Origin: Nitrospinaceae bacterium
Lineage (GTDB): Bacteria; Nitrospinota; Nitrospinia; Nitrospinales; Nitrospinaceae
Direction: 5' to 3'
Length of the DNA: 64,000 nt
NCBI GenBank assembly: GCA_965223665.1
Contig: OZ245011.1
Coordinates: forward strand, 2,624,001-2,688,000
Under the pieces are notes generated by a model that searched no databases, had not been told where the DNA came from, and saw only the letters and a program-made list of their open reading frames with translations. Every line of letters begins with the position of its first letter. Position 1 is the first letter of the stretch. The position numbers and the translations under genes are program-made. Below are positions 9,273 to 19,496 of this stretch, piece by piece.

Positions 9273-10793
9273 ATGGATTTACCACCTTCTTTAAAAAGAA
9301 AAGAAAATATAAAAACCCGTTATTGGGAAGAAATTGATTACTTTATTGAAATCAGAAAACAGTGGCGCGCTCAGATGGTGCGCCATTTATTTCACCTTAT
9401 TCCAGGTGAAAACATTTTAGAAATTGGATGTGCAAAAGGACAATGGACTCGGGTCCTGGAAACATCTACTGAAGGAAAAAATCCCATTACTGCGGCCACC
9501 TTCGACTCAGGTTACCACGCTCACCTGCAATCTCAAAACTTTCCAAAGAATGTAGAAACATTACATTTAGAAAAATTTCCCGGAGCTTTAGACGGACGAC
9601 AATTCGATTTTATTGTTGGTTGGCATATGCTTCCTCGAGAAGGTTATTCAAAATTTTTATTTGATTTAAAAAAACTATTGAAACCTGGCGGCCAAATTCT
9701 TTTGTTTGAGCCGAACCCATGGAATCCTTATTTTCAGCTTAGACGATTAGCAAACAAACTAATATTCAGGAAGTCCAAAAAGGAAAAACCTTATTTTAAT
9801 AGAATTCAAATGCTATCAATTCTGTCTGAAATTGGTTACACCAAGGTCAAAATACTTCCTTATGATTTCCTTTTTCCTCCCCTACCCAAGGCCCTGCTTT
9901 GGCCTATGCAAAATTTAAGTCTGATTTTTGAAAATACACCTTATTTAAGAAACTTTGCAGGAGACCTTTTTCTTTGGGCCCAAAATCCACCACCGGTTGA
10001 GTGGAAACGGCCTAGGGCCAACCTGGCTTTTCATTCCGCGCTACACAATAAAGTTTCAGTAGTAGTACCCTGCCATAACGAAGAGGCTAATATTAAACCT
10101 CTGGTAGAAAGCTTAAGAGGATTTTACAACGACTATATTTACGAAATTATTTTAGTGGATGACAACAGTCGAGACAAAACCGCTGAGATAGGTGAACAAT
10201 TGGGACAAACTGATCCAAGAATTCGAGTGGTTCGACGCAGTATGCCAAATGGAGTGGGTCGCGCACTTCGTGATGGGTTTGCCTCGGCAAAAGGTGATTA
10301 TGTATTGTCTATGGATTGCGACTTTCAACACATTCTTCCCGAAATGACTGGGTTATTTGCTGCCATAAATGAAGGGGCTGATATTGCCATAGGAAGTAGA
10401 TTTTCCAGAAAAAGCGTTCTACTTAACTACCCATTTACCAAAATTATTGCCAATAGAGGATTTCATATCCTCGCTCGGTTATTATTAAAAAAACCTTTTC
10501 GTGATGTTACAAATAATCTTAAGTTAATGAAAAAAGAAGTAGCAAAAGATATCGAAATTGAATCCAATGATTTTGCAGCAAATGCCGAAACCGGTTTAAA
10601 ACCCATTTTATTAGGATATAAAGCCCAAGAAGTTCCAATCTCCTGGATCAATCGGTCCATCGATATGGGATTCTCAAGTTTTAATCTAGTTAAAACTGGA
10701 CCAAATTACTTTTTTGTCTTTTTTAAATTATTTTGGAGGCAATTTCGAGGTAAAAGCATCAAATTAAAAACAGCACAGGTTAATATGGATTAA
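9273..10793 (+). CDS. Bifunctional class I methyltransferase / GT2 glycosyltransferase
   Basis: ILEIGCAKG...LKPGG N-domain; VSVVVPCHNEE, VDDNSRD, MDCDFQH C-domain. Confidence 0.85.
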   Translation: MDLPPSLKRKENIKTRYWEEIDYFIEIRKQWRAQMVRHLFHLIPGENILEIGCAKGQWTRVLETSTEGKNPITAATFDSGYHAHLQSQNFPKNVETLHLEKFPGALDGRQFDFIVGWHMLPREGYSKFLFDLKKLLKPGGQILLFEPNPWNPYFQLRRLANKLIFRKSKKEKPYFNRIQMLSILSEIGYTKVKILPYDFLFPPLPKALLWPMQNLSLIFENTPYLRNFAGDLFLWAQNPPPVEWKRPRANLAFHSALHNKVSVVVPCHNEEANIKPLVESLRGFYNDYIYEIILVDDNSRDKTAEIGEQLGQTDPRIRVVRRSMPNGVGRALRDGFASAKGDYVLSMDCDFQHILPEMTGLFAAINEGADIAIGSRFSRKSVLLNYPFTKIIANRGFHILARLLLKKPFRDVTNNLKLMKKEVAKDIEIESNDFAANAETGLKPILLGYKAQEVPISWINRSIDMGFSSFNLVKTGPNYFFVFFKLFWRQFRGKSIKLKTAQVNMD

Positions 10794-10947
10794 ATTCCTC
10801 CCTCCCCCACTAAAAAAATCTTTTTTTAATCTACCTAATTACAGACTTTATTTTTTTAAAAAAAAATAATTGCAAACAAATTCTAGATCAAACCCTGGAA
10901 ATGCCTTAACCTATTAATTATTCAATATTAAAATAAAGGACAAAAAC

Positions 10948-11328
10948 TTGCCGTTTCCAAAAGTTCTAGTAGTTGATGACGAAGAAAAGATGTGTTACAC
11001 ACTTAAAAAATTGCTAGAACTCAGTAAATATCAAGCAGAAGTCGCCCATGATGGACACCAGGCTATTGAAAAACTTAAAAGCTTCGAGCCTCATTGCGTC
11101 TTACTGGATCTAAGAATGCCTAACATGAATGGCATAGATGTTCTCAAAGAAATTAAATCTCTCCAGCCTGAAACAGCAGTCATTATGACAACTGCGTTTA
11201 TAACCGAAGAAGCCCAAAATGAATGTCTTTCCGCGGGAGCTAATGACTATTTAACAAAACCTATCAACTTTCAAACTCTATTAGAGAAAATTGGAGGTTT
11301 AGTAAAGTCAGTTCAAAAGGTATCCTAA
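10948..11328 (+). CDS. Single-domain response regulator
   Basis: VLVVDDE, LLDLRMP, YLTKP. Confidence 0.9.
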   Translation: MPFPKVLVVDDEEKMCYTLKKLLELSKYQAEVAHDGHQAIEKLKSFEPHCVLLDLRMPNMNGIDVLKEIKSLQPETAVIMTTAFITEEAQNECLSAGANDYLTKPINFQTLLEKIGGLVKSVQKVS

Positions 11329-11576
11329 AATAAATTTGTGCCCTTACCCTCTTTCCCTTTTTTATCTTTAACTAATCTATAGACGAAAAAAATCCCGTAG
11401 GGTATCATTAACCAAAAGACCAAGACCCCCCACATCAATCCACTCTCGCCATATTGAATTTTCAAGGAACTAATGGGTTGCCAAATAGTCCAAAAAATAT
11501 AAATTGCAAAAATGAACCCTATATATATTAATAGCCTACTCCGCTTATTTTTACCGATTGGACTATTCTTGCTCAT
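11325..11576 (-). CDS. Small hypothetical membrane protein (2 TM)
   Basis: Two hydrophobic helices and a basic tail; its 5' end overlaps the divergent MORN gene. Confidence 0.35.
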   Translation of the reverse strand: MSKNSPIGKNKRSRLLIYIGFIFAIYIFWTIWQPISSLKIQYGESGLMWGVLVFWLMIPYGIFFVYRLVKDKKGKEGKGTNLF

Positions 11577-12135
11577 AATAATATTTGGGTTTCCCTTTTG
11601 TAAAACGCAGATTTTTGCCAAAACATTAGAAGATTACTACGATAATGGCAAAATTCATTTAAAAAAAAACGTGGATGACAACAATCTCCTTCATGGATGG
11701 ACACAAGAATATTATAAATCAGGTAATTTGAAATCAGAGCGAATGTATGAACATGGGTATCTACATGGAAACAGCCGACTATATTATCCAACAGGGGAAT
11801 TGATGACCGAATGGGTTTATAAATTCGGAAAACGTAACGGCATTAGCTTGGGTTACTATAAATCAGGGACTCTTAAGGACAAAGGATTCTATAAAGAAGA
11901 CCTCTTAAATGGGAAGGTAAAAATGTTTTATCCAAATGGAAAAATTAAAAGTGAATTGAATTTTGTTAATGACAGGCAGGAAGGAAAGGGAACAACTTTT
12001 TATCCCAATGGAAATATTCAATTTGTTTATTTCTACAATAAAGGCCAATTAATTTATCGAGAATCATACAATGAAAAGGGAAGACTTATTAAAAAACAAG
12101 AATATCGCAAACCATCAAGATTCCCCCTGAACTGA
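11512..12135 (+). CDS. MORN-variant repeat (YwqK-like) secreted protein
   Basis: Repeated YYxxGxLK/E..Y.NG units after a hydrophobic N-terminus. Confidence 0.8.
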   Translation: MNPIYINSLLRLFLPIGLFLLIIIFGFPFCKTQIFAKTLEDYYDNGKIHLKKNVDDNNLLHGWTQEYYKSGNLKSERMYEHGYLHGNSRLYYPTGELMTEWVYKFGKRNGISLGYYKSGTLKDKGFYKEDLLNGKVKMFYPNGKIKSELNFVNDRQEGKGTTFYPNGNIQFVYFYNKGQLIYRESYNEKGRLIKKQEYRKPSRFPLN

Positions 12136-12258
12136 TTTTCCTTACATTTTTAGAATCGAGAAATATTTAACTCTACTAAAATAAGTACTAATTTAGTTTC
12201 ACCTTTTTAACCCATAAAGTTTCACCTGAATCCTTATTCGAGATATAATGGGATTTGA

Positions 12259-13557
12259 ATGAAAACCAAACTATCAAAACCAACTATCGAAAAACCATCT
12301 CCACTAAAAGCTGTATTGGTAGGGATTACAAATAATAGCAGTCCCATATTATCCTCTTCTCCCTTAAGCGAATTAGCTGGATTGGCAACCACTGCCCACT
12401 ATGAACCAGTTGGATTTTTGGTGCAAAGGTTGATTAAGGTCAATCCAAAGACCTATATAGGAAGCGGAAAAGTCCAGGAACTAATTCAGGCAGTAAAATA
12501 CCACAATGCAGACGCCGTAATATTTGACGAAAACTTGTCACCGGGGCAAACCAGGAATTTAGAAAAAGTATTAAGTTGTCCTGTCGTGGACAGGTCATGG
12601 ATTATTTTAGAAATCTTTAGCGATCATGCGCGTACTCGAGAAGCCAAAATCCAGGTACAACTTGCTCGTCTTAAATATTCCTTACCTCGCCTCACCAAAA
12701 TGTGGACTCATCTTTCACGACAACGAGGGGGCATAGGAATGCGGGATGTAGGGGAAACCCAAATCCAATTGGACCGTCGAATTATCCGTGATCAAATTTC
12801 TAAACTGGAGAAAAAATTAAAAAGAATCCATAAAGAGAAGCAAACTCAAAGAAAATCACGCCAGGGGGTTTACCAAGTTGCTCTTGTCGGGTACACGAAC
12901 GTAGGTAAATCCACCCTAATGAATTGCCTTACTGGTGCCTCTACCCTAGTAGAAGATAAACTATTTGCAACTCTCGACTCAACAATTCGAAAAGTAAAAA
13001 AGAACTTTCCCTATCCTATATTGCTTGCAGATACGGTGGGCCTCATTAATAAACTTCCCCACGACTTAGTGGCTTCATTTAAAAGCACTCTAGATGAAGT
13101 TAGAGATGCTAACCTATTGCTGCACGTGGTAGACATAAGTCACCCCGATTTCTTGCAACAAATGCATACGGCCGAGCAATTATTAAGAGATTTAGGAGTT
13201 GAAAACACCCCCAAAATTTTGGTCTTTAATAAAATGGATGATATGAAAGATCGTACGAATTTACAAAAAATAAAATATGATTTTCCTAATGCGGTATTTA
13301 TTTCCTGTAAGAAAAAACAAGGGCTCGACAAACTTCGCAAAGAGATAATAGGTCAATATGAAAAAAACCTATTACCCTATAAAGTCATCTTGAAATACGA
13401 TCAATCCAATTTAATTCCAACAATAAGACAGCACGCTCTAATAATCAAAGAAAAGTATAATCAAGATACTTTAACATTAGAGCTTAGAGTTTACCCAAGT
13501 CACCAATCCCAGCTCCAGGAAATTTTAAATGGCAAATTTTCCTTGGTAGCCTCTTAG
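12259..13557 (+). CDS. hflX: GTPase HflX
   Basis: HARTREAKIQVQLA, GETQIQLDRR, GYTNVGKST, DTVG, NKMD. Confidence 0.95.
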   Translation: MKTKLSKPTIEKPSPLKAVLVGITNNSSPILSSSPLSELAGLATTAHYEPVGFLVQRLIKVNPKTYIGSGKVQELIQAVKYHNADAVIFDENLSPGQTRNLEKVLSCPVVDRSWIILEIFSDHARTREAKIQVQLARLKYSLPRLTKMWTHLSRQRGGIGMRDVGETQIQLDRRIIRDQISKLEKKLKRIHKEKQTQRKSRQGVYQVALVGYTNVGKSTLMNCLTGASTLVEDKLFATLDSTIRKVKKNFPYPILLADTVGLINKLPHDLVASFKSTLDEVRDANLLLHVVDISHPDFLQQMHTAEQLLRDLGVENTPKILVFNKMDDMKDRTNLQKIKYDFPNAVFISCKKKQGLDKLRKEIIGQYEKNLLPYKVILKYDQSNLIPTIRQHALIIKEKYNQDTLTLELRVYPSHQSQLQEILNGKFSLVAS

Positions 13558-13571
13558 ATTCTATTTTAAAC

Positions 13572-13880
13572 TTATTTCTTGGCTATTTCTGTGGCTATGT
13601 ACAATCCTTTATCTGTAACCACATACTTACCTGAAACCGTATCCCCTTTTTTAATTTCCGCAATTCCTGAATAGCCAGTAAGTTTTGATTGGTCATTGAT
13701 AATGACCGTGAAGCGTTTCTTATTTACGGGATCTTTAATTGCCACTTTGTTTTTCTTTGCCAATACTTTTTTCACACTGCCAGAAAATGAAACATCTTCC
13801 CCCGAAAAGGCTTGACCACTCAAAAAACTAAAAATTAAAATTGCCATTCCCACAACATATAGTAAAGACTTTATACGCAT
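13572..13880 (-). CDS. Small secreted hypothetical protein (OB-fold-like)
   Basis: Signal peptide; RBS AAGGAG; beta-rich sequence. Confidence 0.6.
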   Translation of the reverse strand: MRIKSLLYVVGMAILIFSFLSGQAFSGEDVSFSGSVKKVLAKKNKVAIKDPVNKKRFTVIINDQSKLTGYSGIAEIKKGDTVSGKYVVTDKGLYIATEIAKK

Positions 13881-13901
13881 TATTACGTCTCCTTAGTAGT
13901 T

Positions 13902-16076
13902 TTAGACTACGATGAGGTTCGCCTGATTAACCGCCAGTTTCTTTTTGCCCACTCCTTTAAAAAACACAACCAGTTTTAAATTTTCCTCACGCCCCTCTCG
14001 ATTGACCACAACTCCAGAACCAAACTTGGGATGCAAAACTTTTGTTCCGACAACATACTCTCCTTGCTCATAGGAAGGATCAGCGGATTCTGGAATCGAG
14101 AGAGTATTAGATTCTCGATATCGGTTAACAGATGGGGCCACTGTTTCATAACTATTTTCTTTTTGAAGAATCTCTCCGGGGATAGAGGATAAAAAATCTG
14201 AAGGCTGATAATTATAAGTATTTCCATAAATATGACGTCGCCGCGCGTTGCTGATCATCAATCTCTGCTTGGCTCTTGTTATTCCAACATAACAAAGCCG
14301 CCTTTCTTCTTCATATTCTTCGTTATTTGAAAGGGAACTTGCATGTGGCAGCAACCCGTTCTCTGCTCCAATGATAAATACACCCTCAAATTCAAGCCCC
14401 TTGCAAGTGTGAAGCGTCATCAAATGCAAAATACCTTGAGAATCGTCAATCGAATCCTGGTCTGATACTAATGCAGCTGTATCTAAAAAATCCTGTAAAT
14501 TCCCCTTTTGTTCCGTTTCAACAAATTGCTCCACTGCAGTATAAAGTTCATTTAAATTTTCTAAACGACTTCTGCTTTCTACTGTATTTTCCTTTTCTAG
14601 CATATTGCCATAACCACTAAGCTCAATGACCTCTCGTACAAAATCCACCGGAGACTCTTCTTCATATACTCTGTGGAGGTGATCCCAAATATTAAGGAAG
14701 TGAGCTATTTTGGCTACTGCTCCAGATTTTACAATACCTTCATTTCCGGCTTGTCGAAATGCCTCCAATAGAGAAATATTATGTGAATCACTAAAAGCTT
14801 CAACTTTTTCAACTGTTGTTTTTCCTATCCCACGGGTCGGCAAATTTATAATGCGTTTGAGTGAAACTGAGTCTACCGGATTGATCACTATCCGCATATA
14901 TGACAAAATATCTTTAATTTCTTTTCTTTCATAAAAACGCAATCCCCCAATAACCTTATATGGGACACCCGCCTGGCGTAATTGATCCTCTAAAACTCGC
15001 GACTGTGCATTAGTCCGATACAATATAGATACATCATCATAAGACCATCCCCCCTCCGCAACCCACTCTTGGGCACAATCACATACACGACGTGCTTCAT
15101 CTACTTCATCTTGAGCTCTGTAATATTTAATAAGCGGACCTTTTTCATTTTCTGTCCAAAGCGTTTTATCCTTACGAAATTCATTCTCCCTAACCACTGC
15201 CCCCGCAGCCTGTAAAATATTTTGGGTAGAGCGATAGTTTTGCTCCAGCTTTACAACACAAGTGTTAGGGTAGTCTTTTTCAAAATTAAGAATGTTTTCT
15301 ATATTCGCCCCACGCCAACTATAAATACTTTGATCATCATCTCCGACCACACATACGTTTTGATGATTCCGAGAAAGCAGGCGGACTAAATGATATTGCG
15401 TCAAATTAGTGTCCTGAAACTCATCAACTAAAATATATTGATATTTGTTATTGTAATAATCGCAAACCTGCGGCTTTTCCCTAAATAGTTTCACAGATAA
15501 CATTAAAAGATCATCAAAATCCAAAGCATTATTTGACCGCAGTGTTTGCTGATAAAAAGGATAAACATAGGCTGCTTTCATTCGATGACTGTAAGACATT
15601 GCATCAATATCAATATCTTCTGGCAACAAATAGTCGTTTTTAAACCCACTAATACAATTCAGGATAGATTTTGGAGGAAAGGCTTCTTCATTTACCTGAG
15701 CGGTTTTCATACACTTCTTAACCAAAGATAATTGGTCTTGGGCATCATATATAACAAAATCATTCGTAAACCCTAATTCATGAATATGCTTCCTTAGTAA
15801 TGCCAAACAAAACGAATGAAATGTACTGATCCAAGGCAAGGTTTCTAAAAAATTCAACTTATCATAAACACGCTGTTTCATTTCTTTTGCAGCTTTATTT
15901 GTAAAAGTGATTGCCAAAATACTTTCAGGGGAAACATTTTTCTCCTGAATTCCATAAATGATGCGTGAAGTGATCACACGCGTTTTTCCCGAACCAGCTC
16001 CAGCAACCACCAATGTAGGACCATCGAAATGACTTACCGCTTTTAATTGTTGAGGGTTCAATTCGTCCAAAAACAT
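13902..16076 (-). CDS. pcrA: UvrD/PcrA superfamily I DNA helicase
   Basis: AGAGSGKT, VDEFQDTN, LEQNYRST, KGLEF, EEERRLCYVGITRA, C-terminal Tudor-like HPKFG. Confidence 0.92.
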   Translation of the reverse strand: MFLDELNPQQLKAVSHFDGPTLVVAGAGSGKTRVITSRIIYGIQEKNVSPESILAITFTNKAAKEMKQRVYDKLNFLETLPWISTFHSFCLALLRKHIHELGFTNDFVIYDAQDQLSLVKKCMKTAQVNEEAFPPKSILNCISGFKNDYLLPEDIDIDAMSYSHRMKAAYVYPFYQQTLRSNNALDFDDLLMLSVKLFREKPQVCDYYNNKYQYILVDEFQDTNLTQYHLVRLLSRNHQNVCVVGDDDQSIYSWRGANIENILNFEKDYPNTCVVKLEQNYRSTQNILQAAGAVVRENEFRKDKTLWTENEKGPLIKYYRAQDEVDEARRVCDCAQEWVAEGGWSYDDVSILYRTNAQSRVLEDQLRQAGVPYKVIGGLRFYERKEIKDILSYMRIVINPVDSVSLKRIINLPTRGIGKTTVEKVEAFSDSHNISLLEAFRQAGNEGIVKSGAVAKIAHFLNIWDHLHRVYEEESPVDFVREVIELSGYGNMLEKENTVESRSRLENLNELYTAVEQFVETEQKGNLQDFLDTAALVSDQDSIDDSQGILHLMTLHTCKGLEFEGVFIIGAENGLLPHASSLSNNEEYEEERRLCYVGITRAKQRLMISNARRRHIYGNTYNYQPSDFLSSIPGEILQKENSYETVAPSVNRYRESNTLSIPESADPSYEQGEYVVGTKVLHPKFGSGVVVNREGREENLKLVVFFKGVGKKKLAVNQANLIVV

Positions 16077-16089
16077 CAGCAAATCCTTT

Positions 16090-17202
16090 TCAAGGCTTAG
16101 GTAGATTAGAGGAATGTTCTGAAACTTTCACTAAAGTCACCTCCAACTCAATTTCCTTACCTTTCCTAAAAATCTTAATAGGAACCGCCTGATTGGAGGG
16201 AGTATGAGCACAAATCATAGGTAACTCACGGGAAGTGGCAATGGGGGTTCCATTAAATTCTGTGACCACATCCCCTTCTTTTAAACCGGCTTTTTGAGCT
16301 GGGCTATCTTTTACAATTTGAACAATATAAGCTCCATGGGCAATAGGAAGTTTCAGCAATTCTTTAATGTCTATTGTAATTTCACGAATCACTACACCCA
16401 GCCAACTTCGTTCGACTTTCCCTTTTTTCTTGAGTTCGGGAAGCACCTTTTTTACCAAGTCAATCGGAAGTGAAAAACCTAGTCCCTGGCCGCGGGAAAG
16501 TACCATGGTATTAATTCCCACAACCTCACCCCGTGTGTTTATTAAGGGACCTCCACTATTACCTGGGTTGATTGGAGCATCAATTTGAATAAAATCATCA
16601 AAATTGCTATATCCTAATGACCGTTTTTTTGCAGAAACAATTCCTACTGTAACCGTCTGCTCCAATCCAAAAGGACTTCCAATCGCCATTACCCACTCTC
16701 CTATCTTTAGTTTTGAAGAGTGGCCCAGAGGCAAAACCGGTAGAGGCTCTTTAGTATCGATTTTTATCAGTCCAATATCCATCGCTTCATCAATGCCGAT
16801 GACTTTAGCTCGATAAAGTTGACCATCTTTTAATCCCACTTGAATGACATCTGAGCCAGAAATAACATGGGCATTGGTTAAAATATAGCCTTCATAATTA
16901 AAAATAAAACCAGAGCCTTCTCCACGGGCTCGAAATCCGTCTTCCCGAGAACCGTTTCGAGAGGAAGGAAAATCGTCCGATGGATAATCCGGATAAGATT
17001 GAATGGGGATTTTTTCTAAAGCTCGAATATTGACTACAGAGGGACTTAGTTTTTCTACTAAATTACTAAAAAGAGACAACCTTAAATCCTCATCTGGAAG
17101 AACAGGTTTGTTTGTATTTTCGGTCCAAAAATCCGAAACAGCTATGGAAGGCATAACTAAATTCAAAATTCCAATTAACATTAAAAATCTAATTTGTTTC
17201 AT
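16090..17202 (-). CDS. HtrA/DegQ-like trypsin serine protease with one PDZ domain
   Basis: TNAHV, DIGLIKI, GNSGGPL triad motifs; C-terminal PDZ. Confidence 0.92.
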   Translation of the reverse strand: MKQIRFLMLIGILNLVMPSIAVSDFWTENTNKPVLPDEDLRLSLFSNLVEKLSPSVVNIRALEKIPIQSYPDYPSDDFPSSRNGSREDGFRARGEGSGFIFNYEGYILTNAHVISGSDVIQVGLKDGQLYRAKVIGIDEAMDIGLIKIDTKEPLPVLPLGHSSKLKIGEWVMAIGSPFGLEQTVTVGIVSAKKRSLGYSNFDDFIQIDAPINPGNSGGPLINTRGEVVGINTMVLSRGQGLGFSLPIDLVKKVLPELKKKGKVERSWLGVVIREITIDIKELLKLPIAHGAYIVQIVKDSPAQKAGLKEGDVVTEFNGTPIATSRELPMICAHTPSNQAVPIKIFRKGKEIELEVTLVKVSEHSSNLPKP

Positions 17203-17327
17203 GGACTAAAAACTTTTCAAATTAATTGATGAAATTAATAAAAAGCTCTACACCTATTAAAGCCTTGCCAGCTTACCATTTTCTTAGTGAATAATTCCAC
17301 AGGGAGAGGAGTCAACTTTACTAAGTA

Positions 17328-18278
17328 TTAAACCAAATGTTCCCAAACCACACTGGCTAATGCTTCAATGAATAGCGGAGAAGTATTGAGAGATTCTGTG
17401 CGATAGAGATGAAGACCCCTTTCCTCAGCATATTTTTTAAAAGCAATATCAATGTCATATAAAATTTCAATATGATCACAAACAAAACCCACAGGGACTA
17501 CCAGGGCCGCTTTTCCTCCCTGCTCTACAATTGTATCAATGGTATCTTCTACGGTGGGTTCCAACCAGGGAACCGGAATCATACCCTGACTTTGATAGGC
17601 TTGATGCCAGTTAGAAATAGAAATACGGTTTAAAATCCCATGCATTGTTTTTTCATATTCCGTCACATAAGGATCTTTATCAAATTCAACCGAGCCTGAG
17701 GGAATACTGTGTACAGTAAAAATTGTATGGAATTCGGAGTGACCATCGGACCGCAACTTATCAGCTGCAGCTTGATAACGATCTACAAAAGCATCAATTA
17801 ATACCGGAGCATTCGGCCAACGTGTAATGAACCGAATTTCCATATCTCCTACATTACATAAGCCCAATGCCTCGTTAAAAGCTTTCAAATAACGTTCCGT
17901 ACTCCATTTGCTGTATTGAGGCGCCAAACAAATTACTACCAACCGTTGAATGCCGTCCTCCTTAACCTGCCGAACCGCATCTCGTATATAGGGACTCCAA
18001 TTACGCATCCCTAAATAAATTTTAAATTCGTCACCCTCACTTTCTTGATTCAAAAATTTTTCTAGTTCTTTTGCCACTTCCTGGGTGATTTCTAATAAAG
18101 GAGAACTTCCTCCAATAAGTTCATACCTTGAGGCAACTTCTTGAATGACTTCTGGTGATGATGGAGTACCACCACGGATATTTTTTAAAAATTCAGGAAT
18201 ATCACGAATGCGATTAGGTGCCCCGTGAGCAATAAGAATTACTCCGGTTTTACATTTTAGTTGAGAAGAATTATCCAT
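17328..18278 (-). CDS. hemH: Ferrochelatase
   Basis: GGSSPL, MRNWSP, HSIP, WLEP, FVCDHIEILYDID. Confidence 0.92.
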   Translation of the reverse strand: MDNSSQLKCKTGVILIAHGAPNRIRDIPEFLKNIRGGTPSSPEVIQEVASRYELIGGSSPLLEITQEVAKELEKFLNQESEGDEFKIYLGMRNWSPYIRDAVRQVKEDGIQRLVVICLAPQYSKWSTERYLKAFNEALGLCNVGDMEIRFITRWPNAPVLIDAFVDRYQAAADKLRSDGHSEFHTIFTVHSIPSGSVEFDKDPYVTEYEKTMHGILNRISISNWHQAYQSQGMIPVPWLEPTVEDTIDTIVEQGGKAALVVPVGFVCDHIEILYDIDIAFKKYAEERGLHLYRTESLNTSPLFIEALASVVWEHLV

Positions 18279-19320
18279 AATTATATTCGTGCACGATGTC
18301 GACCACAGCCTTGACATGATCTACTGGAGTATGTTGCAAAATTCCATGACCTAAATTGAAAATGTGTCCAGGTCTTCCCTGAGCCCGTTTCAATATGTCT
18401 AGAACTCGGTCTTTGATTACAGGTATCGGCGCAAATAGTATATTTGGATCCAAGTTGCCTTGAATAGGAGTATCGTGACCTACTTGGTTCCAGGCATCAT
18501 CTAAGTCGATCCGCCAATCGAATCCAAATACATCACCACCCGATTGACGAACTATTGGTAACATCGAAGAAGTTCCGGTACTAAAGTTAATTACAGGCAC
18601 ACCGGTATCTTTGAGCCCGGCAAAAACTTTTTTGGAATACGGCTGAATGTATTTTTTATAATCACTCGGACTCATGCAACCGACCCAACTATCAAAAACC
18701 TGCAAAGCCTGAGCCCCGGAACGAACTTGCATCTTCATATAATCCACTAATACTTTCACAACCTTTTCCATAAGTAGGCCCCAGGTTTCCGGTTCCTCAT
18801 ACATCATTCGTTTAGTGATGGTGAAATCTTTGGCTTTACCTCCACCGCCACCTTCTACCATATAACTGCATAGCGTGAATGGTGCAGCAGCAAAACCCAC
18901 TAAGGGCATTTTGTTTGAAATTTCTGCGCGCACCAGCTTGATTGCTTCACCCACATACCCCAACTGTTCATCGGGATCCACAGGTTTAAGAGCTTCTACT
19001 TCTTTGTGTGTGCGAACCGGACGAGGTATAGAAGGGCCATCACCCACTATAAATTCCAAACCGGTGCCCATCGGTTCTAAAGGCAATAAAATGTCGGCAA
19101 AAATTATCGCAGCATCAACACCCAGAACATCTAACGGCTGCATAGTTACTTCCGCTGCCAATTCAGGAGTTTGGCACATCTCTAGAAAAGAATACTTTTC
19201 CTTCATATCGCGGTACACCTTCATGTACCGACCCGCCTGTCGCATAAACCAAACCGGGGTTGCGTCCACAGGTTCCCCGCGACAGGCCTTTAAAAACCGA
19301 AAATCACCGTTCGTTGTCAT
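18271..19320 (-). CDS. hemE: Uroporphyrinogen decarboxylase
   Basis: PVWFMRQAGRY, QVFDSW, QGNLDP, FNLGHGI. Confidence 0.97.
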   Translation of the reverse strand: MTTNGDFRFLKACRGEPVDATPVWFMRQAGRYMKVYRDMKEKYSFLEMCQTPELAAEVTMQPLDVLGVDAAIIFADILLPLEPMGTGLEFIVGDGPSIPRPVRTHKEVEALKPVDPDEQLGYVGEAIKLVRAEISNKMPLVGFAAAPFTLCSYMVEGGGGGKAKDFTITKRMMYEEPETWGLLMEKVVKVLVDYMKMQVRSGAQALQVFDSWVGCMSPSDYKKYIQPYSKKVFAGLKDTGVPVINFSTGTSSMLPIVRQSGGDVFGFDWRIDLDDAWNQVGHDTPIQGNLDPNILFAPIPVIKDRVLDILKRAQGRPGHIFNLGHGILQHTPVDHVKAVVDIVHEYNYG

Positions 19321-19496
19321 ATCCGCTCACATTTCGAAGTTAAAACCCATGATTATATGCCCTTACTCACCCCAAGATCAAACCGAATTTGGATAAATAC
19401 TCTACTTGAAAATGGAAATTCCGAATTACCTGATTAAAAAGACTAAATCAATCAAAAATTAACCACCAATGGCACTTACGTTCCCCAAATTAGTTT

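Noticed and set aside
11512-12135. Toxin-antitoxin module based on YwqK similarity
   Set aside because: It is a secreted MORN-repeat protein with no adjacent toxin gene.
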